From the NCBI RefSeq assembly GCF_037042905.1, contig NC_087248.1, positions 17,360,001-17,424,000 of the forward strand: a DNA stretch of 64,000 bases, given 5' to 3'. Made by a program: the position numbers and the translations under genes. Below are positions 28,330-40,289 of this stretch, in pieces (the stretch's first letter is position 1; each line of letters starts with the position of its first letter). Source of the DNA: Lytechinus pictus (Eukaryota). The notes below the pieces were generated by a model. That model had not been told where the DNA came from, did not search any database, and saw only the letters and a list, made by a program, of their open reading frames with translations.

Positions 28330-28612
28330 CAGTCACATCAACGAAACCGACTTCAAACCGACCAATTGGTAGTCAACGTATTTGCTCTTATCGGTTTGGT
28401 GCATGTTTCATTGATGTGACTGTAACCGAAACCGACTCCAAACCGACCGATGGTATGCCATTGGTAGTCAATGTAAATGCTCTTGTCGGTTTGGTGCATG
28501 TGTCATTGATGCGACTGTAACCGAAACCGACTCCAAACCGACCGATTGTATGTCATTGGTAGTCAACGTAAAAGCTTTTGTCGGTTTGGAGTAAGTGTCG
28601 CCGGTATGACCG
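28330..28612. mobile_element. Three tandem units of a short palindromic MITE-like family
   Basis: CAGTCACATCAACGAAACCGAC..CAAACCGA ... TCGGTTTGG..CATTGATGTGACTG. Related single copies at about 17754-17857, 29591-29697, 31077-31187 and 32557-32650. Confidence 0.75.
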
Positions 28613-28896
28613 AGCATTGCCAATTAAAGCGAAGAAAGTAAACCTACTACTTATCATTGTTATCTGACGTGTAAATATGCACAAAGTTTTCTCTTTGATA
28701 AAAAAAAGTCGGTCGGACCCCTTTATCAAGGTTTCACTTCATCTTCTCTGGTTTTTTTTTACAAATTGCTAAACATGAAACTCCGACCATTTCTCAAAAC
28801 AAGAAAGTAGGTACATGAGTAGTAGTTTTAACACCAGGAGCGCCGGTGCAGGGGCTTAACACCCCCCCCCCCCCACTCCCGCCCTTGTGGTTTTTA

Positions 28897-29073
28897 AGAA
28901 GTGAAAAATATGGGAGAAAAGGAAAACAGGGAAGGAAAAAGAAAAAAGATTTCTACGAAAACTAGATAACACTGTATCACCCTCAAGAAGTGGGAAAAAA
29001 TGGGAGAAAAGGAAAAACGGGAGGAAAAAGAAGAAAGATTTCCATGAAAACTCTATAACACTGTATCACCCTT
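28897..29073. repeat. Tandem duplication of about 90 bp, purine-rich
   Basis: AGAAGTG...TGGGAGAAAAGGAAAA...GAAAACT..ATAACACTGTATCACCCT occurs twice. Confidence 0.85.
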
Positions 29074-29265
29074 CTTCCCGCTATCAATATATCCTTGCAC
29101 CACCCTTGAATATACCCATTTAAAATCCATCTTTCCAATGAACCCTCTCATATTCCCCTTTCTGACCCTCTCAACATTCTCACATTGTCCGAATTAATTT
29201 TTTCTTTGATACATAGGCCCTACTCCAGTATTCCCTATGTTCATATCTGGCTTAGATAGCAAAAT

Positions 29266-29406
29266 GGGGAGTATTTCACGTATTGTTTTATCAGGTGATT
29301 TTCACTGACCGATTCATTCTCCGCCAATCAGATGCAAGGATTTGCGGTAGCTAACAGCATCCGTCGGTGAAAATCACTGACATAACTTTTTTATGAAACG
29401 CTCCCC
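29266..29406. mobile_element. Short degenerate MITE with a CCAATCAG core
   Basis: GGGGAGTATTTCA ... TGAAACGCTCCCC with an inner GTGATTTTCAC / GTGAAAATCAC pair. Similar remnants at about 20060-20175, 30200-30320, 41550-41720 and 55515-55610. Confidence 0.65.
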
Positions 29407-31492
29407 AGCGTTCGCCCTGACTCCATCCGCGCCGGTGAGTGTGACCATGTGCATTGAAATAGAACTCGTCAACTTTTATCTTTATATCTCGAGACCTTGG
29501 TGCTCGCATTCTCTAAGCACCTGATACGTTTTAAGGCGATGCTCCGACTGGCGGATAAACAGGTTCTGTCCTTCAAAGCAGGTACTGCCACAGTTCCACC
29601 GACGAAACCGATTACAGATCGATCAAAGTTATTACGTTATTACAAATGACATAATCATCGGTCGGTTTGGAGGCGGTTTCATTGGTGCGGCTGTTGTAGG
29701 TAAACCTGTCATTTTTTTTTTTGAAGGATGTTTTATTGTATTCTCTCAAATCAAAATAAACATTCACATTCCATAAGCAAGTTGTACAAACTATTTGAAA
29801 CATGATTATAAATTGTACAATAAATCCATAACAAATATAATTATACAAACTATACATCAAACTTCAAAGATACTAGAAATTAATACTAATGCGTTTCAGC
29901 AATTACAAAATGAAATATTAACAAGATGTATGAATGATAAGAGAGAAAATTGTCATAATTGTGATAATCGATATCATCACAGAGGTCGCATAGAGAGATA
30001 ATTGCGTAATTGCGGTGCATGGCTCGGTTTCCTCCGATATTCGAGGGAAATGTATCGAGGCAAACATAAGAGTATGATAATTATGCGAGGAAGAACAGAA
30101 GGAATTGCAAGACAAGTGCTTAGGCCCTATATATTGGAAGAAAGTTTTAATGCCTGTAACCATGGTAACGTCGCTGTCACACTTACCAGATCGACTCAAG
30201 GGGCCCGTTTCATAAAACTAGTTACAATAACGAATTTGCAATGATAGTTATAAGCTACTAAAATCATTCAATTTTATTGGCTGATAAAGAATTAATTGTA
30301 GTAGTCTTTATGAAACGAGGCTAGGACCGACCAAAACTAACATATTTTCAATGACGTACTATCGGTAATGTTTGGAACACTGGCGGATCCAGGGGGGGGG
30401 GGCATCCGACTCGTGCCCCCCCCCCCTGAGAGCCATATTCAAATAATTTAATGTAAATATGCCATTTTTACCGAAGTGAGTCAATACGGTAAAAAAGGGG
30501 GGAGAAATTGAGTGCAAAAAGGGCGCGCGTGTGTTTATCGACCAAGAAATATTTGACATTTGAATATCTGTCGGAATTGTGAAAAATAGATAAAATAATG
30601 ACGTACACTCGAGTCACTACTCGTTACTCATTTTATGTGGCTCGTGATTTGTTAAAGTTCGCAGCTCAGAACAGTGTCTGCTGGCTCAGGCTGCTTGTCT
30701 GAATAACACCAGAATAAACAAGTCTTCAAATGTTGACGATATCGGTTTCGACGGTGATCGACTAAACATTGTCGATATCGTCGTCACCCTATCCAGGCAT
30801 TATTGACAGAACTATTGCCTCCCTCTTGGCTTACTGTTTTGCAAACGCCTTGAGGAAGAAACACGACACCAATAGGAAATAAGATCCCAATGTCTCAAGC
30901 ATAGTTGGGTCATCTAATATGATTTAGGAGAGGAATTCGATTCATCCCACACAGTATGTCGTCTCCTCTTTGAACTTGAAAAAAAAAATCGTCATCCTCT
31001 TACAGGGTTGCACCCCAATTTACCTTCGTCACTTGCCGCTTGAACGTGTTGAACTCGGCACCAATAAACCGTCCTTGTCACACCGAACAAGACTGTCATC
31101 AGATCGAACCAACAATGTTACACACGCCATGCCCACAGGTAGTGTCCGGTTGGTATCGGCAGCAAATGCATTCTACTGGTGTGACTAGTCCTGTCATTGA
31201 GGCGTATTAACAGAGATGGATACAGACAAGACAGAGGCGCCGTGGAGTTTTTTTCTAGATCGTATCTTGTCAAAATGTGATGATATTTGTTGACTGGTAA
31301 AAATACGATGCTTTCAAGAAGTTACCAGTCATATCGAGCGTCGTAACTGTACCCAATTATGAGGCCGTAAACTCCCCACACGATACCGGTATCGTTGTTT
31401 TATCCTTCAATAAGAATTAGGTCACCATGGCCATCAGACTTTAAAGGGATACCTTGCTTTGCAAAGTTATGGGAAAGTGAGACAGATATTAA

Positions 31493-31800
31493 GGCCCGTA
31501 TTCTGAAGTCGGGTTTAAATAAGACCATGGTCTGACTCTGTTCTAAAATTATGGGAAGCCAAACGTTTCAAAATTTTGTTTATAGTGAATGCTTCTAATG
31601 TTAACTGTGCTCTTCACTAATTATTTAATGGTGAAGACAATTGTCATACTCATCCTTCCCAGGCAGTTAATGTTTTAGGAGTCAAATGAGCTGAAACATT
31701 GAACCTCTACTGTTGGATATTTATGTAACAACTGGCTTTCCATAGTTAAACCACAACTTAAACAAGAGTTCAAATTAAACCCGACTTCAGAATACGGGCC
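31493..31800. mobile_element. MITE, PIF/Harbinger-like
   Basis: TIRs GGCCCGTATTCTGAAGTCGGGTTTAA / TTAAACCCGACTTCAGAATACGGGCC; flanks TAA/TAT. Confidence 0.88.
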
Positions 31801-32038
31801 TATGTGTAGACATCTAGCCGCAGGAAGGGGAGGAAGGCTAGAGACATTGAATAATATATATATACATAATTCAGTACCATGGAAATGTTTCATACATAGA
31901 ATTGTTAGTGTTGTCAGGTTAACGTAAATGACAAAGTGGGAGAGAGAAAGAGAGACGGAAAGGAAAATTGATGTAAAGAGAGAAAGAGGAGACAGGCACA
32001 GACAAGAAATTAGTGTTCGACAGCAACCCTCTGTTACA

Positions 32039-32281
32039 ACAGTGCAAAAAGTCCGGTGTTGATTTAACACCAGCCCGGAATCTATATATGTCCACACCAG
32101 AGAAGTGTTAAACAACACCAGTTTTGTTTTGGTCTAACACCAGATAGGTGTTTCTAGAACACCAATTAGTATTAAAACGGCATCTGTTTGATGCCAAACT
32201 GGTGTTGTTTCAATACTTCTCTGGTGTGGACATATATAGATTCCGGCCTGGTGTTAAATCAACACCGGAGTTTTTGCAGTG
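32039..32281. mobile_element. Palindromic MITE with about 85-bp inverted arms
   Basis: TGCAAAAAGTCCGGTGTTGATTTAACACCAG...TATATGTCCACACCAGAGAAGT is mirrored at 32196-32281. Confidence 0.88.
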
Positions 32282-33063
32282 AACAAGACCACCATCCAGC
32301 TGAGGGATTTCATCCTCTTCAAAGTCTTACCCACCCCCAACGAAAAAAAAAAATGCATTATGAAGAATGAAAAATTGAATATAATCAAAATTATTGGAAT
32401 AAGAAAATTGTTACAGCTGATGATGGCTGAAGTGAGTTCAAGAATGGTGGAAGTGAAAACTAATGATGGAATGTCCTTTCTGCATCTGCTGGCATAGATG
32501 GATGAACAGCGTCGTCGAATGTCCCCCTAACTCAATATTACCACCAGTGTGATGCTAGGTCGCACCATCAAAACCGACTTAAAACCGATCGATGGTATGT
32601 CATTGGGAATCACGTAAAAAATTTGATCGGTCAAGAATCGGTATGGCCAGTGTCACTGGGGCATGATGAGGGGATGACGAGTCCACCCATCTCACACCAA
32701 GGAACTCCACATGAGGTGATGGGTTGACATTGAACACAGCAGGTGTGGTAGATTGGTAGGATTCGGAAAGATCTTGAGGATATTCTCTTCAGGTGAAGCC
32801 ACATTCTTCCAACAAGGATCCTGTAGTTCACAGCCGATACGGACATCATCTTTTCATTAGTTCATAATCATGGACAGATGTTTTGATAATCAGTGATCAT
32901 TGGTATCTTAAACCATGTTCCTTTGAAAAGTTATGTCTTTTCTCTCTTAAGCGGGAGTTGCAAGAAAATATTTACAATCAATTGCAAACTTCTGTCGAGA
33001 TTTTGTGATAGATTTTATCTGTAGCAAATTGGATTATACCCCTTTTTGCAAGACACAGATCAG

Positions 33064-33338
33064 GGCCCCGTGTTACAAAGAGTTACAATTGATCCGATCA
33101 ATCTCAAGTATATGGAAATCCATCTATGTCATAATTTTTTCGTCATTAAATTTCCTCAATGTCCTTTATAAACAAAGAGAAACATACTGAATTGTCCAGA
33201 AAAAACAGTGAATGTATGAATATACATCATTCTAGAAAATATTTTGAACAAACAGTTATGTATTTTAGATGTTGATGTTGCTGGCTTTCCATAGTTACGA
33301 TTGATCGGATTAATCGCAACTCTTTGTAAGACGGGGCC
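33064..33338. mobile_element. MITE, Harbinger-like, CAG target-site duplication
   Basis: GGCCCCGTGTTACAAAGAGTT..ATTGATCCGATCAATC / GATTGATCGGATTAATCGCAACTCTTTGTAAGACGGGGCC; CAG on both sides. Confidence 0.88.
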
Positions 33339-33610
33339 CAGCAATTAATTGCTAACTTGCAATGAATTGAAAGACATTGTTGATTTCGGGAACCAAGATA
33401 GTTTTGCGATTGAGTTTCTTGCAACCTTCCATTGGAGCACAACATGTAAGAATGTGTCCTTTTGTCAATTTCACAATTCAATCGTAACAATAACTACTTC
33501 CAGCAAAGTTTTGTTGAATTATAAACCATGAAATGTACACATGTTTTACCAATATGAACAATACCACTCGTAACAATTATTTTTATAGTTTCTGTTCTTT
33601 TATCTTTCAG

Positions 33611-33664
33611 ATGCTAGAATTGCAAATGCTTCGAAGTTACTATCATTATCTATTTGTTTCACTG
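33611..33664 (+). CDS. GRIK2: Kainate receptor 54-nt exon (ATD)
   Basis: ctttcag acceptor, CTG|GTAAGC donor. MLELQMLRSYYHYLFVSL resembles GluK2 ALAMGMMTEYYHYIFTTL. Confidence 0.92.
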
Positions 33665-34458
33665 GTAAGCAGTTTTAAGTTTTATTGTGGGATATTTCAT
33701 GTTTCATTTCAAGTAATCTCTCTTATAATTAAATGATAATCCAATTGTAATAACCAGAGTAAAGAGTCTTATTTATAAACTTCATGTTTTTAATATAGAA
33801 CTCACGTTTCTATATCTTGCATCAAAAATCTGTGTGTCTGTTCAAAAGGGTATTTTTGATGTCAAAGGTATTTTATGTTTTTTTTTATTTTCATACTATC
33901 CATAAATGGCATAATACATTAAATCGAGTTGTCGAGCGTCAGGAACGGACTCAAGAAAGGCTCAAAGAAATAACTCTTGAAATCCAGTCCTATTGTCGCT
34001 CTTTAATCTATGGCCTATTCAGATTTTCAGAAGCAGCGCTGATATTTTTAAGTGTGCATTTAAAGGACTGTGTTACTTACCGCCCTTTCACACGGTAAAA
34101 CAAATCGTTATTTGAATGGTGATTCCAGCGAAAAATAAGGTTAATGACGACATTTTAGCGCGTGTGAAACCAAACTAGACTTCGAATTCTACTCCGGAGG
34201 TGAATTCCAGTTAAGTTTCACTCAAACGACGGTACAAAATTTCCGTGTGAAAGGTCCGATGATTCTAAAGACGACTCGCAAGCATCATTACAATGATTCA
34301 AGATTCACGTGTGAAAAGACCCTTTGTCTATTGAGGCTGAGGTCATTTAGCTTTATCAAACATGCGTTTCCCAATTATCTCAGTAGTGTAAACGAAATTA
34401 GTCTTTATTTTTTCCTTCAAACAATGAAAGTATCAACATGAATTATTCTTTTAAACAG

Positions 34459-34632
34459 GATCTGTACCTAATAAACATGTCAAGGTATACAGGTGATAAG
34501 GTTAACCTGACAACACTGCATATGCTGAATCTATACGACCAGTACACCGAGGCGTTCATGGAGGAATGGAACAATATGCAGATGGGACCTAGGAGTATCA
34601 CCATGACAACCAGGAATTTCAGCATCCTCACA
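34459..34632 (+). CDS. GRIK2: Kainate receptor exon (ATD)
   Basis: aaacag acceptor, ACA|GTAAGT donor, 174 nt. DLYLINMSRYTGDKVNLTTLHML...EEW resembles GluK2 [23 protein letters not shown]...EKW. Confidence 0.92.
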
Positions 34633-35242
34633 GTAAGTAATAATTCATTCGTTCATTCATTTCCATTTTCATCATAATTATCATTAAAAATAGATACAAA
34701 GGGCCCTCTCGTAAATCAGGTTACGTAACTGAGGGGGCTACCCTGGTAAAAGAAAACTGAAATAAATAACAAAATTATTCAAAGATAGAGGAGACGGGGG
34801 AAAGAGGAAAAAACTTTATAAAGAGCTGCCACCTGGCTATAATGCTAATAAAATATGTTAAAAAGACGCATGATTCAAATTGTGGAATAAACAAAATATC
34901 AAACTTGACAGCATTAGGTGTTTCAAATGGAATACTAATATTGATGCTAAGAATTACATGTAGATATGAAATGCAAATCATTGTACATTATATCTGTGGC
35001 ATAAAAATATAGGATGTAGTCCAGTGTTTTTATACAAAAGGAAATTTTATTTCTAAATGAATTGTCAAGCAAAAAAAGGGTATTGTCATTCACAGCGAGC
35101 ATTTACCTATCGCAAAGTTTTTGGACGAGCAAAAACAAAATTAAATGGGTCGGGGGAGGCCTGTCACCCCCCCCCCCCCTTGCTCAGTGCCAGCCCAAAT
35201 GATATTTATTTCTGGCATATTTGCATTTCATCATATCTTTAG

Positions 35243-35398
35243 ACGGAAGCTGCCCTGCTTTACGACGCAGTGAACGTGGTGGCCCATGGTCTTCAAGAAC
35301 TCGGAGATTCTCGGAATATTTCGTTGAGATCGTTGAGCTGTTTCGGGGAGCAATCGGAATGGACCGACGGACTCACGTACTACAATTTCCTCCAAGGG
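35243..35398 (+). CDS. GRIK2: Kainate receptor exon (ATD)
   Basis: ctttag acceptor, GGG|GTAAGT donor. TEAALLYDAVNVVAHGLQ...SLSC...W..G..YYNFL resembles GluK2 TDAALMYDAVHVV...SLQC...WRFG. Confidence 0.93.
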
Positions 35399-35756
35399 GT
35401 AAGTCTATATAACCAGATATAACTATAGAACTGTTCCTGAAAGAATTGAACCATCATCATCATCAGTGGTGTGATGCAGCACATTGAAGAAATGGAGGTG
35501 TTTGATGTTAATAGTCTGTTGATTTTATTGTTTGAGTCTTGCAAAGTAGAACTTTTCAAAATAGGGAATACAAATACCATGCAACGGCATGGATTCGTCT
35601 CTTTCTCTCCTCCATCTCTCCTTTCTCTCTCTTCCTGACCAGCTCTCTTGTATTGTCTACATAAAACATTACCATTATCATTCATACAACCATCTATTCT
35701 GTCTTGTTTTCTTATAATAACCCCTCTTCATGTTTTCATTTTTTTTTTAATTCTAG

Positions 35757-35870
35757 ACAAATATCAATGGTCTGACTGGCCCTATAACGTTTGATAGGAA
35801 TGGCTTTAGGGACAGTCCAAGATTCTTCATTTCAGAACTTCAAGATTCTCAGTCTGTGGTGTTCAAAACG
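35757..35870 (+). CDS. GRIK2: Kainate receptor exon (ATD)
   Basis: ttctag acceptor, ACG|GTAAGA donor. TNINGLTGPITFDRNGFRDSPRFFISEL carries the GLTG.I.F...G.R motif. Confidence 0.93.
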
Positions 35871-36282
35871 GTAAGAAACAATGATTTTGATACGTAAACT
35901 ACCACTAGCAGTTTGAGCTCAGCAGAAAACAAACAAAAAATGTGTAGGGAGTTAAATCAGCCCACCCAAGCCTTTCTAAGATTAAAACAAAGAGATTTAA
36001 AAAATGATGTCTTTTAGGTAAATATAATTATTTGCTGTATGTATGTGGACAACCATATGTATGATGACTAGCATATCATATGAATGTTGTTTAAGAAAGT
36101 TCATTAAATATTTTGCTTATTACTTATATGTGTATTTGAGAAAAAATATAATATATGTGATATATCAATCAGTTGTTCTAATAATTAATCAATTCATTAA
36201 TAAATTAACTAAATTAACTTATCAAATTTTCTATTCATTTATTTACTAATTTATTAATTCATTATTCAATTCCCTTATGTAG

Positions 36283-36387
36283 GTTGGTCAATGGGATGGA
36301 AATGGTCTGAATATCTTCCCAGTGGACATGCATATAGATAAGAACACAACGTTGACCAACAAGACTCTGATTGTTACAACTATATTG
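36283..36387 (+). CDS. GRIK2: Kainate receptor exon (ATD end, linker, start of S1)
   Basis: tgtag acceptor, TTG|GTAAGA donor. VGQWDGNGLNI...TLTNKTLIVTTIL resembles GluK2 IGTWD..GLNM...SLSNRSLIVTTIL. Confidence 0.94.
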
Positions 36388-36411
36388 GTAAGAATAACAA
36401 TGAATGGCAAT

Positions 36412-37485
36412 GATGACAGAATATGCATTCTTTTCATCAAGACTTATGATTTCACATGTACATGTACAATGTATCTGTTATCATGAAGGCTGAACGATTG
36501 ATGATTTACCTAGCTTGACATTGATCATATAGAACAGTATTCTAATGACAGAATATGCATTCTTGTCATCAAGACTTATGATTTCACATGTACATGTATC
36601 TGTTATCATGAAGGCCTGAACGATTGATGATTTACCTAGCTTGACATTGATCATATAGAACAGTATTCTGATGACAGGATATGCATTCTTGTCATCAAGA
36701 CTTATGATTTCTCATGTACATGTATCTGTTATGATGAAGGCCTCAACGATTGATGATTGTCCTAGCTTGACATTGATCATATAGAACAGTATTCTGATGA
36801 CAGAATATGCATTCTTGTCATCAAGACTTATGATTTCACATGTACATGTACAATGTATCTGTTATCATGAAGGCCTGAACGATTGATGATTTACCTAGCT
36901 TGACATTGATCATATAGAACAGTATTCTAATGACAGAATATGCATTCTTGTCATCAAGACTTATGATTTCACATGTACATGTATCTGTTATCATGAAGGC
37001 CTGAACGATTGATGATTTACCTAGCTTGACATTGATCATATAGAACAGTATTCTGATGACAGAATATGCATTCTTGTCATCAAGACTTATGATTTCACAT
37101 GTACATGTATCTGTTATCATGAAGGCCTGAACGATTGATGATTTACCTAGCTTGACATTGATCATATAGAACAGTATTCTGATGACAGGATATGCATTCT
37201 TGTCATCAAGACTTATGATTTCTCATGTACATGTATCTGTTATGATGAAGGCCTCAACGATTGATGATTGTCCTAGCTTGACATTGATCATATAGAACAG
37301 TATTCTGATGACAGAATATGCATTCTTGTCATCAAGACTTATGATTTCACATGTACATGTACAATGTATCTGTTATCATGAAGGCCTGAACGATTGATGA
37401 TTTACCTAGCTTGACATTGGTCATATAGAACAGTATTCTGATGACAGAATATGCATTCTTGTCATCAAGACTTATGATTTCTCAT
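36412..37485. repeat. Minisatellite, about 8.4 copies of a 126/133-bp palindrome-rich unit
   Basis: Units start at 36412, 36544, 36670, 36796, 36929, 37055, 37181, 37307 and 37440 and are near-identical. The second half of a unit resumes at 37904-37980. Confidence 0.97.
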
Positions 37486-38598
37486 TAGCTAAGTCTCTTC
37501 AATACCTTTGCAGATCATAAAAGTTTGTGGCGTCATCCTCCACATTTTTAAAATGTAATTGTAAGGCCTGTTGACAAGATAAAATAGCCTTCATTACTCA
37601 TGACCCGGGGTGGTGCTTCAAGGGGACAAGGGGCAACTGAACCCTCTGATTCTCATATTGCGAGAGAAAAAGTGAAGTAAAAAATAAAATAAAAAAGGAA
37701 GAAAGAATAACATCTAAAGGGGGTCTGGCTCATATAACCTTTTATTCAAAAGAGGGAAAAAAAGGTTGTCTTCCCCCCCCCCCTTATAAATATCTTTCTT
37801 TACCACTGAAATTGGTTTATTCTTGGATGCTATGAGAAAAATTTACATCAGTTTGAGAACAAGATGTCCATATATCTATAGTGGCATACTTCTAGCATGT
37901 TTGGTACATGTATCTGTTATCATGAAGGCCTGAACGATTGATTGTTTACCTAGCTTGACATTGATCATATAGAACAGTATCTCCATGGGTTAGGTAATTT
38001 TGATCATAATAGTAGATGATATTACTGATTTCTATTGTGCCATATATCAGCGCTTACACGATTACATCTTGATAATATTGTAGTCTCCAATTTCTTTTTA
38101 GGGGGGTGCTTGATTTTACGAAATGAGTATATATTATCTTCTTCTTTTTTCCTAAAATATTGCACAACCAATTCTCATATTTTTTTTATTAAGGATTTTG
38201 TTGCTTCAAAATCAAATCACAATATACATAAATAATAGCAGCAATCTAAAAATCATATATATTAGTCGAAAATGTGTTACAATTCAGCAAGAACATCTTG
38301 AGACTTTTTCAATGGATTCCATTTATCAAGATGAACTGAAAGTTTGCCTCGTTTTACTGCAATTGCTCGCTCTGCTTTTTCTTAAAAAATAATGTCATTC
38401 TGAAAGAGTTTGAAAACCAGCATTTAATCCTCATAAAATTTCTGAACATGCTTTGATGAGAACCACCAGAAAAATCAGAAGTAGAGTTACAGGCAAGTCA
38501 TGAGGATTAGCATTACCTACCTATTCTGATTTATTTCTCAATTATGGATTTATCGAACTTAACAAAGTTTCATTTCTTTTCTAACTAAAACTCGTTAG

Positions 38599-38805
38599 GA
38601 ACCTCCATACTGCATGAAGCGGAAGAGTCCTGATGGCGAACCCCTGGAGGGCAATGCACGCTTTGAGGGATTCATCATAGATCTCCTGGACTACATCTCA
38701 CAGAGGATGAACTTCAACTACGTCATCACTCTGGTTCCTGATGGCGACTATGGCTCCGAGGTCGATGGTCGCTGGAATGGCATGGTTGGGGAGCTAGTTG
38801 AAAGG
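38599..38805 (+). CDS. GRIK2: Kainate receptor exon (ligand-binding S1)
   Basis: gttag acceptor, AGG|GTGAGA donor, 207 nt. EPPYCMKRKS...LEGNARFEGFIIDLL...LVPDGDYG...WNGMVGELVER. Confidence 0.96.
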
Positions 38806-39346
38806 GTGAGAAGAATTACCTCTCTCATCCATCAATGGTATTTTGTATATTGTTTGACACAATGTTTGAAAATGTCGTTGATAAAATTCCTTGATCTTAC
38901 TTCTGATACATTTCAAGAAGTACAATTTTATTTTAGGGAATTCACTTTGTCCAACTTGTTGTTCTCGTTGGAGGTAAGATGGGTCGACATTTGCCTCAAG
39001 AATTTGACAAGTAAAAAAAAAGGTTATCAAGTAAAAAAATTGCTGATGATTTGTATATGTTTTTTTTATACTTTTCCACCCCCCCCCCTCCCCGTTACTA
39101 GCCCTGCACTTTCATATGAAAACTAAACTAAATTCATGATTTAGTTTTACTTGATGCAATCATAATAAGATCATATAGACAAGGAAATAAAGGGGTACCC
39201 TCGAGACAGACTATATTACTGATGATAGGCCTATATTATGAATCTTTAATCAAGAACAGCAGCCATTTCATAATAAACCACTTCGGGTAATTATCTTCGT
39301 TAAAAAATGATCAGAATCTGTCAATTGTCTCCTTTTATACTTTTAG

Positions 39347-39907
39347 CGAGCTGACCTTGCAGCAGCTCCTCTCACAATCACCTATGTCAGAGAGAAGGTG
39401 ATAGACTTCTCCAAACCCTGGATGTACCTGGGAGTGACCATCCTCTTCCGTGTACCTGAACCTCAGAACCCCGGTGTCTTCTCCTTCCTCAACCCACTGG
39501 CCCCAGACGTCTGGCTCTACGTCATCCTGGCGTTCCTCCTGGTCAGCTTCGTCCTCTTCGTCCTGGCTCGATTCAGTCCGTACGAGTGGTACAACTCCCA
39601 CCCGTGCAATCCAGACTACGACACGGTCGAGAACCAGTTCAACTTCTTCAATTGTCTCTGGTTCTCGTTTGGTGGTCTCATGCAGCAGGGATCCGAGATC
39701 AACCCTAGAGCGTTCTCTACCAGGGTTCTCAGCGGCTTCTGGTGGTTCTTCTCTCTCATCTTGATCTCCTCCTACACTGCTAACCTGGCTGCTTTCTTGA
39801 CGGTCGAGAGGATGGTGTCACCTATCCAGACTGCCGATGACCTGGCCAAGCAAACATCGATTGAGTATGGCACCAGGAAAGGAGGGTCCACGGAAGAATT
39901 CTTTTCG
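39347..39907 (+). CDS. GRIK2: Kainate receptor exon (S1 end, M1, M2 pore loop, M3, S2 start)
   Basis: ttttag acceptor, TCG|GTAAGT donor, 561 nt. [80 protein letters not shown]: kainate-class signatures. Confidence 0.98.
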
Positions 39908-40289
39908 GTAAGTCAGGTTGCTGGTGATAGATGGACCAATCAATTGTATCATGTTGGTACAAGACACTGTACATCCTATAAGTACCACATATACTGAAAA
40001 CTATAGAGGATTAAAAAAAAAACTTGTGATAATCATTGATAGTATCACAAATATCTGGTAAACAGTATTAGGGTCATTCCAAGAGATTTTAATAGGCTCA
40101 GGTCTATCTGACAAGTCATACCTCCTGCAAAACGGTATGCATGCTCACATTCTAAAGCTGCTGCAGTAATTTGTCAATCCCAACAAATTTTGCCAACTAT
40201 GGTGAAGCATTATCATTTTTTATTGACTACTACCTGTGTCAGATCATATTGAATGACTTTCAACTCTTTATCTCTTATTTCCTGCACAG

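Noticed and set aside
32631-32849. Coding-looking minus-strand block in a receptor intron
   Set aside because: No recognisable domain or paired splice sites; could be a transposon fragment but cannot be supported without a search.
36836-37165. 109-aa ORF with 42-aa repeats
   Set aside because: A by-product of the 126-bp unit being a multiple of 3; it is broken by the 133-bp variants and resembles no protein I recognise.
36412-37485. CRISPR-like array or hammerhead-containing satellite (hairpin repeat with CTGATGA)
   Set aside because: There are no unique spacers and the context is a eukaryotic intron. CTGATGA occurs on the plus strand but no GAAA box follows on the same strand.
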